Shown here in pieces: positions 39,105 through 50,654 of a stretch of 64,000 nt of DNA (the first letter of the stretch is position 1; every line of letters starts with the position of its first letter). The translations under genes were made by a program, and so were the position numbers. The DNA comes from Heterodontus francisci. Its lineage: Eukaryota. The DNA is taken from NCBI RefSeq assembly GCF_036365525.1, contig NC_090373.1, positions 98,241,461 to 98,305,460 of the forward strand, written 5' to 3'. The notes below the pieces were generated by a model, which was not told where the DNA came from, did not search any database, and worked only from the letters and a program-made list of their open reading frames with translations.

Positions 39105-39230
39105 TGTTCTGATGAAGGGTCATAGACCTGAAATGTTAGCCCTAAGCTTTTTCCTTCCTCCACAGATGGTGCCTGTCCTGCTAAATGTTTCTTGAATTTT
39201 CTGTTTTATTTCAGATTTCCAGCATCTGTG
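39105..39230 (+). mobile_element. Penelope terminal-repeat fragment with hammerhead-ribozyme motif
   Basis: CTGATGA-agggtcatagacct-GAAA-tgtta followed by ..tttcagatttccagcatctg, matching the terminus of 41660-44010. Confidence 0.7.
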
Positions 39231-39300
39231 TAGCCAGATGGAGTGGCCTGAGTGAGGAGGAAAGAATCACCACTCAACAGCTAGGTTTCAGTCAACCCAG

Positions 39301-40100
39301 GGGGCTGGATTTTAAAGCCCCTCCACCATCGGGAATGGGGGCGGGGGGCAATGAAGATTGTAGTGGAGGAGGCCCGCCACTGACCCCGCCGGCAGCAGGA
39401 CCTGTACCGATCTCGGCGGCGAGGCCTCGCTGCAGCCTTCCCGCATGCTTGGCGACGGGACCCGCATTAAAATATGTAAATGCCTACTCACCATGCAGCC
39501 TGCAGCGAATCTGCCATCCCGTTGCAATCTTTATTCTTCCTGCCATCAGTGCCGCATCTTCAAATCCCCGTTTGGAGAAACGTGGTGTGACACCTGTGGG
39601 GAGGGGGGAGGAGGTTTTTTTCTCTGTGCGGGAATGCGGGGAGCAGGGTTACAAGGCTTCAGATTGGTTGGGGGGTTTATAGGAAGGGGTAAAGGACAAT
39701 GAAGCCGAATCTTGTCGGGGGTGGGGGGGGGGCGGGGGTGGGGTGCGGTGGGTCAAAGTTTCAATATTGGAATTGCAGGAATGTTGTGCAATGCCATTGG
39801 AGGGCGGGGTGGGAGAATGCCTGGAAAGCTCACTGTATTTATTTGAGCAAAACTTTCACTTAACTTGCCCTTTAAATTTTAAATATTCATTCAGGGCTGT
39901 CAGCCCTTTAAAAATGGCGCTGGCACCTATGCATTGGTGCCGGACGCCATTGCCAGCAACGGCTCGCCTGCCCCTCCACTTCATCGAGGGGGGCGTGCGC
40001 TGCAGCCATGCAAATGTGCTGCCGCATTTGAAATCGCGGCAGCGCCATGACATGGTGCCCGTGCACGCGGATCGTGTTTTTTTTAGGTCCACCGCCTACT
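39301..40100. mobile_element. GC-rich Harbinger-type MITE fragment
   Basis: ggggctggattttaa TIR-like start; internal motifs shared with 30560-31150. Confidence 0.5.
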
Positions 40101-40103
40101 TCA

Positions 40104-40848
40104 GATTCTATCGTAAGGGGTGAAGATAGGCATTTCTGTGGCCACAAACGTGATTCCAGGATGGTATGTTGCCTCCTTGGTGCTCGGGTCAAGGATGTCA
40201 CAGAGCGGCTGTCGGACATTCTGAAGAGGGAGGTTGAACAGTCAGAGGTCGTGGTTCACATTCATACCAACAACAAAGGTAGAAAAAGGGATGAAATCCT
40301 GCAACAAGAATTTAGGGAGCTAGTAGCAGATTAAAAGGCAGGACCTCAAATGTTGTAATCTCTGGATTACTACCGGATCTCTATGGGCTCATCCAGTTTA
40401 AGATCGTGGCTGGGAGGGCTTTGTTTGTAAAATATGCAGATTATCCAGACTACAAAGTTACATGAACACTTTGAAAGGAAGAGAGGCAGAAATTGAAACA
40501 TGAAACTCTTTAGTTAGTCCAGGAACAACTGTTCCCATTAACTGATGGTACAAGGACTAGGGAACACAGATTGAAGTTTTTGGGCAAGAGATGCAGGGGG
40601 AATTTGAGGAAGAACTTTTTTACACAGCGAGTGGTAATGAGTTGGAACTCGCTACCCTCGAGGGTGGTGGAAGTGGAGATTGTCAATGATTTCAAAAGGA
40701 AATTGGATGTGCACTTGAAGAAAATAAACTTGCAGGGCTACGGGGATCGAGCAGGGGTGTGGGACTGGCTGGATAGCTCCATGGAGAGCGAGCATCAACT
40801 TGATAGACTGAATGGCCTCCTTCTATTCCATAAATGACTCTATGACTC
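40104..40848 (+). mobile_element. CR1 remnant: ORF1 esterase fragment plus 3' end
   Basis: DSIVRGEDRHFCG..CCLLGARVKDVTERL (40104-40375), then RKNFFTQRVVMSWNSLP and the CR1 tail (40515-40848). Confidence 0.8.
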
Positions 40849-41659
40849 TGCGCTTGTTTTGCCTGGTTTACAGCCATAAAACAAGGGCCAGTTTCAGAGC
40901 CCAACATCCTGCAACTGTCCTGCATCTTAAGGATTCCTGAAAGAAATCAAACACAGTAATTGGGTTGGGCCATTTTTCAACTGTCCTTGGCGGATATCTA
41001 AAACAGACGTTAGGTCCCTTACACATATAACTGATGATCCTAATGCACGTTTTAGATCCCCCTGCAGAAATTGCATTGTGATGAGTGGAACAGATGCGAG
41101 GCCTGCTTCGCTCAGGATTCTTCAGCAGCAGCTGAAGCTGCCAATAAAAGGTAGTTATTTTAAAATAAATGTTTTCAAAAAGTCTTACTCTGAAGCAAGG
41201 AAGAGCAGGAGTACTCCCCACTTCCACATTACCAACTCCTAGGCTCCTCCCATGTTGTTGCTCCACATCCTCCTTTTCCCAGGATATACCTTGGGGCTGC
41301 TGTCAGTCAGGCACGTGCCTCAACATTCATCTATTTCAAATAAGTGAACAAATAATGTAAATGAGGCCTTGGGCCACCTGGTTCAATAACATGTTGCGCG
41401 CAACATTGGTTATAGAGTCCTACAACATGGAAAAAGGCCCATCGGCCCATCGTGTCTGTGCCGGCCATCAAGCACCTACCTATTCCAATCCCATTTTCCA
41501 GCACTTGGCCCATAGCCTTGTATGCTATGGCATATCAAGTGCTCATCTAAATACCTCTTAAATATATTATGTGCTTGAAAATAGGCCACAACTTGGAGTC
41601 TGATAAATTCTTCAGATATCTGCAGTCTGGCACAAAATAAACTCTATAATACTTTCTAT

Positions 41660-44010
41660 AATAAAAGCAAAATACTGCAGATGCTGGAAATCTGAAATAA
41701 AAACAAGAAATGCTGGAAATACTCAGCAGGTCTGGCAGTATCTGTGGAGAGAGAAGCAAAGTTAACGTTTCAGGTCAGTGACCTTTCTTGAGAACTGACA
41801 AATATTAGAAATGTAAAAGATTTTAAGCAAGTAAAGCCGGGGGGGTGGGGCAAGAGATAGCAAAAGAGGTGTTGCTAGGACAAGGTCACAGAGAATAACT
41901 GACCAGAAGGTCATGGAACAAAGGCAAACGGTATGTTAATGGTGTGCGGAAAGAGAGTGTACAGAGAAGGTGTGAATAGACTGTAAAGCACAAAGCACTC
42001 CAAGTACAAACATTAAAAAAATTTTAAAAACAGGAAGAGTGGTTAGGCACAGTAGAAACAAACTAAACACACTAAAAAACCTAAAATAAAATAACCAAAT
42101 AAAAAATAGAAAATAACTAAACATAATAAAGAGGGGCCCGTCATGCTCTGAAATTATTGAACTCAATGTTCAGTCCGGCAGGTTGTAGTGTGCCTAATCA
42201 GTAAACGAGATGCTGTTCCTCGAGCTTGCATTGATGTTCACTAGAACACTGCAGCAATCCCAGGCCAGAGATGTGAGCATGAGAGCAGGGGGGGTGGGGG
42301 GTGCAGTGGTGCGGGTGTTGAAATGGCCAGCAACCGGAAGCTCAGGGTCATGCTTATGGACTGAGCGGAGGTGTTCCACAAAGCGGTCACCCAAACTGCG
42401 TTTGGTCTCCCCAGTGTAGAGGAGACCACATTGTGGGCAGCGAATACAGTACACTAAATTGAAAGAAGTACAAGTAAATCGCTGCTTCACCTGAAAGGAG
42501 TGTTTGGGGCTTTGGATAGTGAGTAGAGAGGAGGTAAATGGGCAGGTATTACACCTCCTGCGATTGCAGGGGAAGGTGCCGTGGGAAGGGGATGAGGTGG
42601 TGGAGGTAATGGAAGAGTGGACGAAGGTGTCACAGAGGGAACGATCCCTACGGAATGCTGACAGGGGAAGGGAGGGAAAGATGCGTTTGGTAGTGGGATC
42701 ACACTGGATATGGCATAAGTGGCAGAGGATGATCTTTTGGATCTGGAGGCTGGTGGGGTGGAAAGTAAGGACAAGTGGAACCCTGTCGCGGTTCTAGGAG
42801 GGAGGGGAAGGGGTGAGGGTAGAAGTGCAGGAAATGGGCCAGACACGGTTGAGGGCCCTGTCACCCACTGTTGGGGGGGGGGGGTGGAATCCTCGGTTGA
42901 GGAAAAAGGAGGACATATCAGAAGCACTGTCGTGGAAGGTAGCATCATCAGAGCAGATGCGTTAGAGGTGGAGAAACTGGGAGAATAGAATGGAGTCCTT
43001 ACAGGAGGCACGGTGTGAAGAAGTGTAGGAGAAGTAACTGTGGGAGTCGGTGGGCTTATAATGAATATTAGTAGACAGCCTATTCCCAGAGATGGAGACA
43101 GAGAAGTCGAGGAAGGGAAGGGAAGTGTCGGAGATGGACCATGTGAAAGTGAGAGAAGGGTGGAAATTAGAAGCAAAGTTGATAAAGTTTTCTAGTTCTG
43201 GGCGGGAGCAGGAAACGGCACCGATAGTCATCAATGTACCAGAAAAAGAGTTAGGGAAGGGGGCCTGAGTAGGACTGGACCAAGGAATGTTCAACATATC
43301 CCACAAAACGACAGGCATCACTGGGACCCATGCGGGTACCCATAGCAACATCTTTTACTTGGAAGAAGTGAGTGGAGTTGAAGGAGAAGTTGTTCAATGT
43401 GAGAACAAGTTCACCCAGGTGGAGGAGGGTGGTGGTGGATGGGGACTGGTTGGGCTTCTGTTCAAGGAAGAAGCGGAGAGCCCTCAAACTGTCCTGGTGG
43501 GGGATGGAGGTGTAGAGAGATTGGACGTCCATAGTGAAGAGGAGGAGGTTGGGGCCAAGAAACTGGAAATTGTCAAAATGACGTAGGGCATCAGAAGAGT
43601 CACGGATGTAGGTGGGAAGAGACTGGACCAGGGGAGAAAAGATAGAGGCAAGATAGGAAGAAATAAGTTCAGTGGGGCAGGAACAGGCTGAAACAATGGG
43701 TCTGCCGGGACAGGCCTCTTTGTGCATTTTGGGATGGAGGTAGAAACGGGCTGTCCGGGGTTGCGGGACTATGAGGTTGAAAGCTGTAAAGGGAAGATCT
43801 CCAGAGGAGATGAGCTCAGTGACAGTTCTCTGGATGGTAGCTTGATGTTCAGTGGTGGGGTCATAGTCCGGGGGAAGTAGGAAGAAGTGTCTGAGAGTTG
43901 GCGCTAAGCCTCTGCAAGGTAGAAGTCCATACGCCAGACAGCAACAGCACCCCCCTTATCTGCAGATTTGATGACAATGTCGGGGTTAGACTTGAGAGAA
44001 TGGAGTGCGG
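41660..44010 (-). mobile_element. Penelope-like retroelement (RT + GIY-YIG), 5'-truncated, frameshifted
   Basis: PGRPIVS, TMDVQSLYTSIP, VAMGTRMGPS RT motifs; NLVYCIRC..LYTGETKR GIY-YIG; terminal repeat at 41660-41800. Confidence 0.93.
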
Positions 44011-44054
44011 CAAGTTCAGAGGGGGGCAGGTTTTTGGCTTACAGAAAAATGTTA

Positions 44055-46343
44055 GGGCTGTGTTTTCAAACTGCGCTGAGAGCGGGGCGGCAGCGAGCGT
44101 GATTTGAAGATTCCGTTCTCCGAGGTCAGCACTGGGTTTTGCCACCTCTGAAAAATGATGTTATTTTTAAACTGCAGCTGCCAGGGAGGGAACAGGTCAG
44201 GCACCCATGTCCAATTAATTGCCTGTTGAGGTCATTAAAGAGCTCATTAACAGGCTGGTCAGGAGCAGGGAGATATTTTGAAATGCTGGGAGCGGGGGAA
44301 ACGCCATGGGGGAAACATGGCAAGGCAGTGAGGACAGGAGCATTGTGGAGCGACATGAGAACTATGGGAATAGGCTGATTAAATTAAAGCAGAAGCAGCA
44401 AATAAAACTTATCTGCCTCAGATGTGTCTCAGTGTAGATATTGCTGAAGCTGGAAGAGTTAAATATCACATTGGAGAGAGTGTCATGAAACCAGACAGGG
44501 AGGTGAGACCTCTGTAATCACAGTGGCAGCTAGCGTTGGCACAGGAATGCATTGTTCAAGGCCCAGCTGATGGAGGTCAGATGGCAACAGGTGACTCTGA
44601 CATTGGATGAGCAGTGCCAGGTGCAACCTCCTGGACAGCTGGAGGCCAGAGGAGCTGCAAGGGGAGAAAGGCGCTACCCAAGACAGCGGGTGCACGGCCC
44701 AAGAGTCAGCTACGTGCAAATGACACAGCACTAGTGTTGTAGAAGGCTATGCCTATTCTGGCAAGTGGACTTGGTGATCCACAATGACCTAATGCCTCAT
44801 GGCCTCCATGGCAGTCCCCTGTTAAACAGGCAGATGTCTAGTCACCAAAATGAGGAAGCAAATGACTGTCTCTGATCCACAACTGTTTTATTGGCAATTC
44901 ATAGTTCAGTCCTAACATTAGTTTCGCACTCTTTCCTTCTGAACTAACTCTCTATCCAAAGGCAACTCCCCAACTGGCCAAAAACCCAGCCCTTAAATAC
45001 ATTATAATGAGCATCACCTGTTCTATATTAACACTGAAGTGAGTCCTGTTTAATTAAAGGAACCAGCATTTTCAATATTGTCATCCCCTACCTGCAGCTG
45101 TCAAGGTCTCCATGCTCTGAACCTCTATGCAACCAGGTCATGCCAGGGATCAGCTGTGGACCTAGGTGGCATTTCGCATTTGGCATCTCATTAGACCATC
45201 AGGTAGGTCTTAGACGCCCTTTTCAGAACTGAAGGGTCTACACCCACTTTGACACAAAAGGGCTTGTGCTGGCACAGAGGGCATTGCGTTCAGCCTCAAT
45301 CACTGGATTCCCCCAGGTGCAGGGCATCATCACTTGCAGCCATGTTGTGGCCATCAAGGCACCCAGTGACCAAGTGACCAGCCAGTGAGATCCATCAACT
45401 TCCAACTGGTCCACAACCACAACAAGAGCTTCCTCTATGTGGTCTCTTGCTTTCCTGGCAACTGCTATGATTCCTTCATCCTCCTCCAATCTAGGCTGCC
45501 TCAGTCGTTCCCTCCATTCCTCAAAGCGCATGGCTGGATCCAAGAGGACAAGGGAAATCCCTTGAAGAGATGGTTACTGACCCCTCTATGAGAGCCCGTA
45601 ACAGATGCCCAGAGGCAAAATAACCAATGACACCTGCTCAGCAGGCTAAACATTGAGCACACCATTGGGCTTAGATGCGATTCTGATGTCTGGATCGGTC
45701 GGGTGGCACCCTCCAATATCCTCCTGCCAGGGTCTCTGTCATTGTGGTGGACTGCTGCACTCTCCATGACATGGCACCTCCAGAGATCTATGGACCTTGA
45801 GGACAGTGAGGCCCTAGAAGGAGACAGCTGCTTGGGAGAGAAGCAGGAGGTAAAAGAGGAGGAGGAAGAGGGGGCAGAGGGGGATAACACAGAACAGGGA
45901 GGAGCCTCTGCTGCACAACGAGGTGGCCTCCTCCTGTCATCCTCCAGGAAGAGGACCTCTCTCCTCTCCCTCATGGCCTGTAGCATTAGATCCCGGTAAC
46001 CATTGATGAAGCGAGGACCTGCCCTGCCCCTAGTGCCAGGCCTCCAGCTCCCCTGTGACATCTCACTTCCTTCTGGTGCTGTGGAAGGCACATCTGTCCC
46101 TCAGGACAACCAGCAGCCTCAGTGATGGCTGCCGTGGGAGTCTACATGAGTCCCACACTTCATCTGACCCACTGCCATTTTCAATCCGGCTGGATCCAGG
46201 AGGACAGGAAACCCATCTCCATTCCAATTAAGGCTTTCCCACTTGAAAATTGCAATCTGATTCAGCTTCTCAGAGGAGGCAGGATTCAGATCAAAAACCA
46301 GACCAGGCTCCTGTTTCCTGTCTCCACTTTGAAAACTCAGCCC
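44055..46343 (+). mobile_element. PIF/Harbinger element with decayed transposase (+) and Myb/SANT remnant (-)
   Basis: TIR gggctgtgttttcaaa / tttgaaaactcagccc; TTA TSD on both sides; GFPQVQGII.C.HVAIKAP, DKGNPLKRWLLTP, IEHTIGL, CLDRSGG.LQY; minus-strand PRF...LQAMRERREVLF at ~45930-46030. Confidence 0.9.
44820..45083 (-). mobile_element. Short solo LTR inserted in the Harbinger transposase
   Basis: TG...CA ends; 5-bp TSD TCCCC (44815-19 / 45084-88); tttatt poly(A) signal on the minus strand. Confidence 0.75.
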
Positions 46344-46432
46344 TTAATGTCACAAAAAGTCATATAAAACTAAATATTACTTTGGACAAAATCTTGAAAT
46401 TATTTCCAAGATTTTCTTGATAGATACACTAT

Positions 46433-47120
46433 GGGGTGAATTTTATGCTCCTGCCTACAGTGGATTTGGAGGCGGGGAGAGCATATAACCAGGTGGGATG
46501 GTGGCAGGGGAGTTGCCACCACCACCCTGCCTCTGCCAAAATTTATTCCAGGCTGGGAAAGTCTGTGAACGGCCGTTCCCTGCACCACCACCCCACACCC
46601 CCCCCCACCCCCCCCCCCACCCCTGTCGCCAATTGAGGCCCTTAACTGGGCAATTAACCCCCAATTAAGGGCTTTTTCCTGATGCAGCCGCAATTAGCTG
46701 TGAGGCGGTGGCCTGTCGTCCCTCATTAAAAGGCACTTAGTGCCTGAAAGAGGGACCTAGCATTGGGAAGGGGGGGGGGCCCACTGAGTGCCACCCTCCT
46801 GCCCTTGCTGCCGAACCCTGTCCCCCACAACCCCCACCCCACAAGACCGCTCCCATCCTGTCCTAACTGAAGCCTGGCTTTTGTGATGCTCCTTGGCCTC
46901 CGGTAGTTGCACCTCCAGCAGTAGCTGCTGCCTCAGCAGTAACGCTGCAGCTATTGGCCTCTGATTGGCTGGCAGTTCTCCAAGGGCGGGACTTCTGGAG
47001 ATGGGGTCCTTGATCCTGTAGAAGGCCTGCCGCTGTCCACTTAAGTACCTGATTGACACAAAATTCAGCAGGTCTTTTTCTGGATGTCGAGACCCCCTCC
47101 GCCAGAATAAAATTCCCCCC
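46433..47120. mobile_element. Harbinger-type MITE
   Basis: Ends ggggtgaatttta / taaaattcccccc. Confidence 0.7.
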
Positions 47121-47603
47121 ACTATATGTTAGTATTTTAAGAACAGTCGGTGTTTATTAATGGGAATTGACAAACAGATGATAAAAGATGTGAACAACTG
47201 TCAGACAATATAACAATAGAATGGAATTTCACAAATATTGACTGCTAAACATAACTTCTTCCAATTAGCTGTGTGAGACACATGATGAATTTTAGTGTCT
47301 TACGGATGAGGAAATGTAATAGAAAGTGTGCAGCAGCTGTTGCACCATAAAACTAAAACAAGAACAATTGTAACTGGGGAAATTGTTCTATAAATACTAC
47401 AGCATCAGAATTTCCAGCAAGTCACTGTATTGTTCTTAGCCCTGCAACAACTAGATGGAATTTATCCACTTCAAAATCCAACTTTATTTTCCTTTCAAAA
47501 TATCCCCCGGAATTTCATTCCAGCTTTTCGAATCAGTTGCCATTACAAGTCTATCCAGGTTTTTGTTAATCTTCTGCCAAAGTTATGGTGACTGATTGGA
47601 AGC

Positions 47604-48016
47604 CGACAGGACCATGACACAAAGAATATAGCCAATTGGGGTCCTGCAATGGCATAGGATGCCAATTGGCATATTTAAACTACCTCCTGCCTGAGAAAGT
47701 TCCTGGCAGATATTCTTTGTGATTGTACTTACATTATTATTTTTTGCATTGAACTGTGTTTTAGATGCAATTTCCAATTGCTGCCCACCTGTTTTGCATC
47801 TAGTAAATGGTAGGCTGAAAAAGGAACATTGGGGAGCAATCTTGGCTGGCTATTGGACATGTAAGGTTCGTCTGATGTAATTTTTAGGTTGGCCCATAAA
47901 TAGACAAACTGCATGCCCTCCTGTTTCAGGCAGGAGGTAGTTTAAATATGCCAATTGGCATCCTATGCCATTGCAGGACCCCAATTGACTATATTCTTTG
48001 TGTCATGATCCTGTCG
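47604..48016. repeat. 91-bp inverted repeat (47604-47694 vs 47926-48016)
   Basis: Direct alignment shows 2 mismatches; includes the first 16 nt of the Gypsy LTR. Confidence 0.9.
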
Positions 48017-48908
48017 TTTTTTTTCGGAATGTGCAGTTTGCCTTTATGGCTTGCAAGGGATCAGTATTGCTTTAAGAACCAGCAAACCTCAGGAGTTATA
48101 GGAAGGTGCATTTTCATTGCCTTAGAAACAGCCATTTGCAGACTGCGATTCAAAGGGTACATTCTCATTACCATAGATACAGCCACTGGGAGTGAGTCTC
48201 CTGCGATACATTTGTTACAATTCAGTTTTGAACTGGCTTTTAGTTGAAGACCGTTTGTTCTAACAGAACACACAGACAAAGACATACAGTCACAGCTGGT
48301 GTTGGCACCTGAAAAAAGAGCTCTCAGCCATTTAAACTGAAGGAATAGGAATTTAGTCTGTTTAATTATTATCTCTCAAAATTCTAAAACATCAAGCCAA
48401 AACAGAGATCTCTGGTAATTTAAACTGAAGGGAGGCAAGTTAGAATATGACAATCTTGTATCTCTCAAAAACTCTAAAGTCAGATTGATTCTGTTGAAAG
48501 TGTTTGCAAGTCGTTAATTGTTGAAATTCGCTGGAGAAGGAAAGCAACATTCTGTGAGGACTTCAAGCAACATTCTGTGAGGACTTCAAGCAACATTAGA
48601 CTGTAAAATTGCAAGGACTCTAATTTTTTCTATTTTAAATATATTTTAAATATATCTTCATAGTGTTTAAGAATTTAGTTCTTCTAATTAAAGAGTTAAT
48701 TTGTTGATTTAAAGACACCTGGTTTGGTTAGCCTCATTTGGAGGTTAATAGATGGTACAATTTGGCTGGGTATTTCTTTAATTTGGAAAGTTTTAAATGA
48801 TAGGCGATCTGTGGAGCGACGGGCTTGAATTATCAGTGCATTTGTCCCACCACAATCAGAATCGTATATTTTGATTTGGGACTTTGACAGGAGCGGTTGG
48901 TCATACCA
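48001..48908 (+). repeat. 5' LTR
   Basis: Homologous to 58949-59790; carries a private 23-bp tandem duplication (aagcaacattctgtgaggacttc x2, ~48542-48587). Confidence 0.93.
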
Positions 48909-49220
48909 TATTTATTGGGGGCTCATCCGGGATTTGAATAACATATTAATTGGGGGTTCACTCAAGATTTGAATCACATATTAATTGGGTTTCTGGATTT
49001 GAATCATATCTTAAATGGGGGTTCGCTCGCAGTTGAATCATATTTAATTCGGTGGCTCACGTCTGAGATCAGAATCAGACTAATCTGAGGGCTCACATTT
49101 GGAATTTTAGTAATTGCTCGTCTCTGGGATAACATATTTAAATTGGGGTCTTGCGTTTGGCATCAGATTAATTGCTCTCAAATCTGGGATCTTATCAATT
49201 GGAAACTTGATTGTTGGGAT
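48904..49220 (+). repeat. Tandem array of degenerate LTR-end/PBS units (~30-37 bp)
   Basis: Recurrent (ta)aca-tat(t)taat-TGGGG..gat(ttgaa) units. Confidence 0.75.
48916..48938 (+). promoter_or_regulatory. Primer-binding site complementary to tRNA-Pro
   Basis: tgggggctcatccgggatttgaa matches TGGGGGCTCGTCCGGGATTTGAA, the complement of the vertebrate tRNA-Pro 3' end, at 22/23 positions. Confidence 0.9.
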
Positions 49221-49297
49221 CTAAATCTGACACAAATTACAAAGAACTTAAAAGAACCAGGTCTCTTGCATAATAAGGTACAGTCTATACCATTGTT

Positions 49298-50600
49298 ATG
49301 GCATTAGTGGTTGTAGCAGAGATTTTGGGAAAGCAGAATGTTTCCCTGAGTGACCTGATAACTTTAACTAAGAACAAATTAAAAGAATTGGCAGCGAAAT
49401 TGGTGTTGGACTTGAAATCTAGTGCCAAAAAAGCAGAGATAATTGAAATAATAGCCGAACATCTGGAATTAGCAGAAGAAGAAGATGATGATGATGATAC
49501 AGATGAAGGGCAATACGAGGAACAAGAAAGGGAATATGAGAGACACGAAGGTAATAGGTCCGAGACTGATGCAGTGGAATTGGCTAGGATTCAGTTAAAA
49601 ATGAAAAAACTGGAGCTTCAGCAGGAGTTAGAAACGAAAAAGCTTGAGGCAGAAAAAGAATTAAGAAAACTTGAATTGGAGGAAAGGGAGAAAGAGAGTG
49701 CATTTCAGAGAGAAAGTGAAAGAGAAGAGAGGGAATTTTAGTTAAAAGAAATGGAACTATGACAAAGGGGTAGTCTTAAATCCAGGGAAAATTCGGGTCA
49801 GGAAGAATCTGAATTTAGTTCAGGACCCAGTGAGAAGTTATTTAAATTTATACAGGCTCTTCCTAAATTCAAGGAAAGGGACGTAGTGGCATTTTTCATA
49901 TCTTTTTAAAAATTAGCCAAACAGATGAAATGGCCAAAAGAAAGTTGGACATTGCTCATGCAGGGCAGGCTGGTAGGCAGAACTCATGAAGCTGATGCCA
50001 TGCTTTCTGAAGAGACTTCTGCAGATTATGAGATGGCAAAAAAGGCTATTCTCTCTGCGTATGAGTTAGTCCCTGAAGCTTACCGTCAGAAGTTTAGGAA
50101 CTTACGGAGATTGACTGGGCAGACATATTTAGAATTTGAGAGGGTGAAGCAAATGAATTTTGACCGATGGATGCGGGCATTAAAGATAGAAACTACATAT
50201 GAGAACCTTCAAGAATTGATTCCCTTAGAAGAGTTTAAAAACTCCATTCCTTCAGTAGTGAGAACTCATATAGATAACCTGAAAGTTTTGAAAGCTGGGC
50301 AAGTAGCAGAGATTGCTGATGATTTTGAGCTTGTGAATAAGCCAACCTATTTTGTCCATCACCCCCTTAAACCCGAGAAGCCTAGAAAGTGGGAGAGTGA
50401 AAGGAAGGCAAGTAGCCGGGGACAAGAAGGAACAGCTGGGAATGCCCCAGGATCACCTCCTCAGGTCAGAAAGGAAGGTGCTGAGGGTTGAAGTGAGGTT
50501 TGGAAGCCAAAGTGTGATCATTGCAACAAAATGGGTCATCTTTGTTCAGAGTGCTGGAAATTGCGAGGTAAACCCATCAGACTTGTTGGGGTCCACAAAG
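49298..50600 (+). pseudogene. Gypsy gag (helical N-terminus, acidic tract, coiled coil, SCAN-like capsid, CCHC knuckle) with in-frame stops
   Basis: ORFs 49298-49741 and 49925-50491 (YELVPEAYRQKFRNL..LEEFKNSIP); CDHCNKMGHLCSECW at ~50514-50558. Confidence 0.9.
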
Positions 50601-50654
50601 TTAATGCAGAGGAAAAAACTCTGATTGAGAGTATAGCAGACCAGGCTATAGTTA

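Noticed and set aside
42487-43176. 229-aa Ser/Pro-rich ORF
   Set aside because: Alternative frame of the C-rich Penelope coding strand.
48904-49220. CRISPR array interpretation of the repeat/spacer-like units
   Set aside because: Eukaryotic context, no cas genes, non-identical repeats, and the variable parts are PBS derivatives.
49925-50491. Host SCAN-zinc-finger gene
   Set aside because: The SCAN-like region is the gag of the LTR element, flanked by LTR/PBS and protease, with no C2H2 fingers.
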